Origin: a virus
Lineage: Duplodnaviria; Caudoviricetes
Virus record (IMG/VR): IMGVR_UViG_3300020306_000016
Span: 1-27,143 of that record
DNA length: 27,143 nucleotides
Direction: 5' to 3' (one strand)
Shown here: positions 26,509-27,143 of the stretch, piece by piece
Numbering within the stretch: position 1 is the first letter of the stretch
Layout of the letters: each line of letters starts with the position of its first letter
Notes under the pieces: model-generated
Told to the model about the DNA's origin: nothing
Databases searched by the model: none
The model's input: only the letters and a program-made list of their open reading frames with translations
Program-made: the position numbers and the translations under genes

Positions 26509-26540
26509 AAGGGGAAGGGGAGATTGGTCTTCTTCCCCTT
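26509..26540 (+). terminator. Stem-loop after gp19 (putative intrinsic terminator or mRNA-stabilising hairpin)
   Basis: AAGGGGAAG pairs with CTTCCCCTT (9 bp), plus inner AGA/TCT around a TTGG loop. The U-tract is weak (TTAATTT). A late-promoter-like TATACATA lies just upstream at 26499-26506. Confidence 0.55.
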
Positions 26541-26559
26541 AATTTGAGAGTTATAATAT

Positions 26560-27143
26560 ATGGCAGAACAAGATAATAGTATACTAAAACTCTTTGGTTT
26601 CGAACTGCGTAGAGCAGGTTCTACTGCGGAACTAAAGGATAAGGAAAAACTGAAATCTATTGTTACCCCTACCGATGATGACGGTGCAGGGTATGTTACT
26701 GCGTCTGGTTCACATTATGGTCAATTTATTGACATGGATGGTGCGAAGGCAAAAGACAACGCACAGTTAATCCTAAGATATCGTGGTGTAGCACAACATC
26801 CAGAAGTGGATGCCGCTATCGAAGATATCGTAAATGAATCAATCGTAGGTTCAGAAGGTGTCTCTTGTGAACTCAACCTTGATAGGGTTGATAAAGTAAG
26901 TGACGCAATTAAGAAACAGATTGTAGACGAATTTAATAACATCTATACCATGCTCAAGTTCGGTGAACTTGGACATGATATATTTCGTTCATTCTATGTA
27001 GATGGTAGACTTTATTTCCATCTCGTAGCAAACGAATCAAATCTAAAAGCAGGTATTCAAGAGATTAGACCTATTGATGCTTCAAAGATTCGTAAAGTAA
27101 AAGAAGTCAAGCATAAGAAAGACCCTGTAACTGGGGCAAAGAT
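26560..27143 (+). CDS. gp20: Portal vertex protein gp20 (5' part; runs off the window and is absent from the ORF track)
   Basis: ATG at 26560: MAEQDNSILKLFGFELRR...LILRYRGVAQHPEVDAAIEDIVNE...FRSFYVDGRLYFH...GIQEIRPIDASKIRKVKE. Confidence 0.95.
   Translation, partial: MAEQDNSILKLFGFELRRAGSTAELKDKEKLKSIVTPTDDDGAGYVTASGSHYGQFIDMDGAKAKDNAQLILRYRGVAQHPEVDAAIEDIVNESIVGSEGVSCELNLDRVDKVSDAIKKQIVDEFNNIYTMLKFGELGHDIFRSFYVDGRLYFHLVANESNLKAGIQEIRPIDASKIRKVKEVKHKKDPVTGAK

Noticed and set aside
480-26942. Short alternative-frame and minus-strand ORFs in the track (e.g. 7218..7826, 22646..23155, 25333..25944, 26721..26942)
   Set aside because: They are shadows of well-supported + strand genes, with no recognisable motifs or RBS; long antisense ORFs are expected from the codon bias.
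22468-27143. Introns, inteins or homing endonucleases in gp17-gp20
   Set aside because: Genes are contiguous and of ordinary length, with no LAGLIDADG, HNH, GIY-YIG or intein motifs seen.
1-27143. tRNA, rRNA or alternative genetic code
   Set aside because: Intergenic gaps are under 100 nt with no cloverleaf seen. TAA, TAG and TGA all terminate genes at expected positions.

Overview
A 27-kb segment of the late (virion morphogenesis) region of an AT-rich T4-like myovirus, most like marine T4-like phages. All genes are on the + strand: a partial upstream ORF, baseplate wedge gp8, a VrlC/DUF4815-like baseplate protein, fibre-type genes, then the canonical gp13-gp14-gp15-gp16-gp17-gp18-gp19-gp20 (partial) block, with T4 late promoters (TATAAATA). 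The accessory block between VrlC and gp13 is the unusual part. (1) Two paralogous proteins (1108 and 669 aa) carry tetrapeptide repeats that read as self-complementary antiparallel arms. One is an exact 182+182 aa hairpin. The other parses as a three-way branched structure with 56/56, 52/52 and 56/56 aa stems, like RNA secondary structure written in protein. (2) A GT-A glycosyltransferase and a 2OG-Fe(II)-oxygenase-like gene sit among the fibre genes. (3) The Asp-Ser dipeptide (mostly DSA/DSD/DSS) is strongly enriched in predicted surface-exposed virion proteins and nearly absent from non-structural ones, suggesting a phage-encoded, sequon-directed virion modification (glycosylation) system. 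Codon choices also show strong avoidance of restriction-type motifs. All counts were made by eye and should be recomputed; family assignments are from motif recognition, not database searches.
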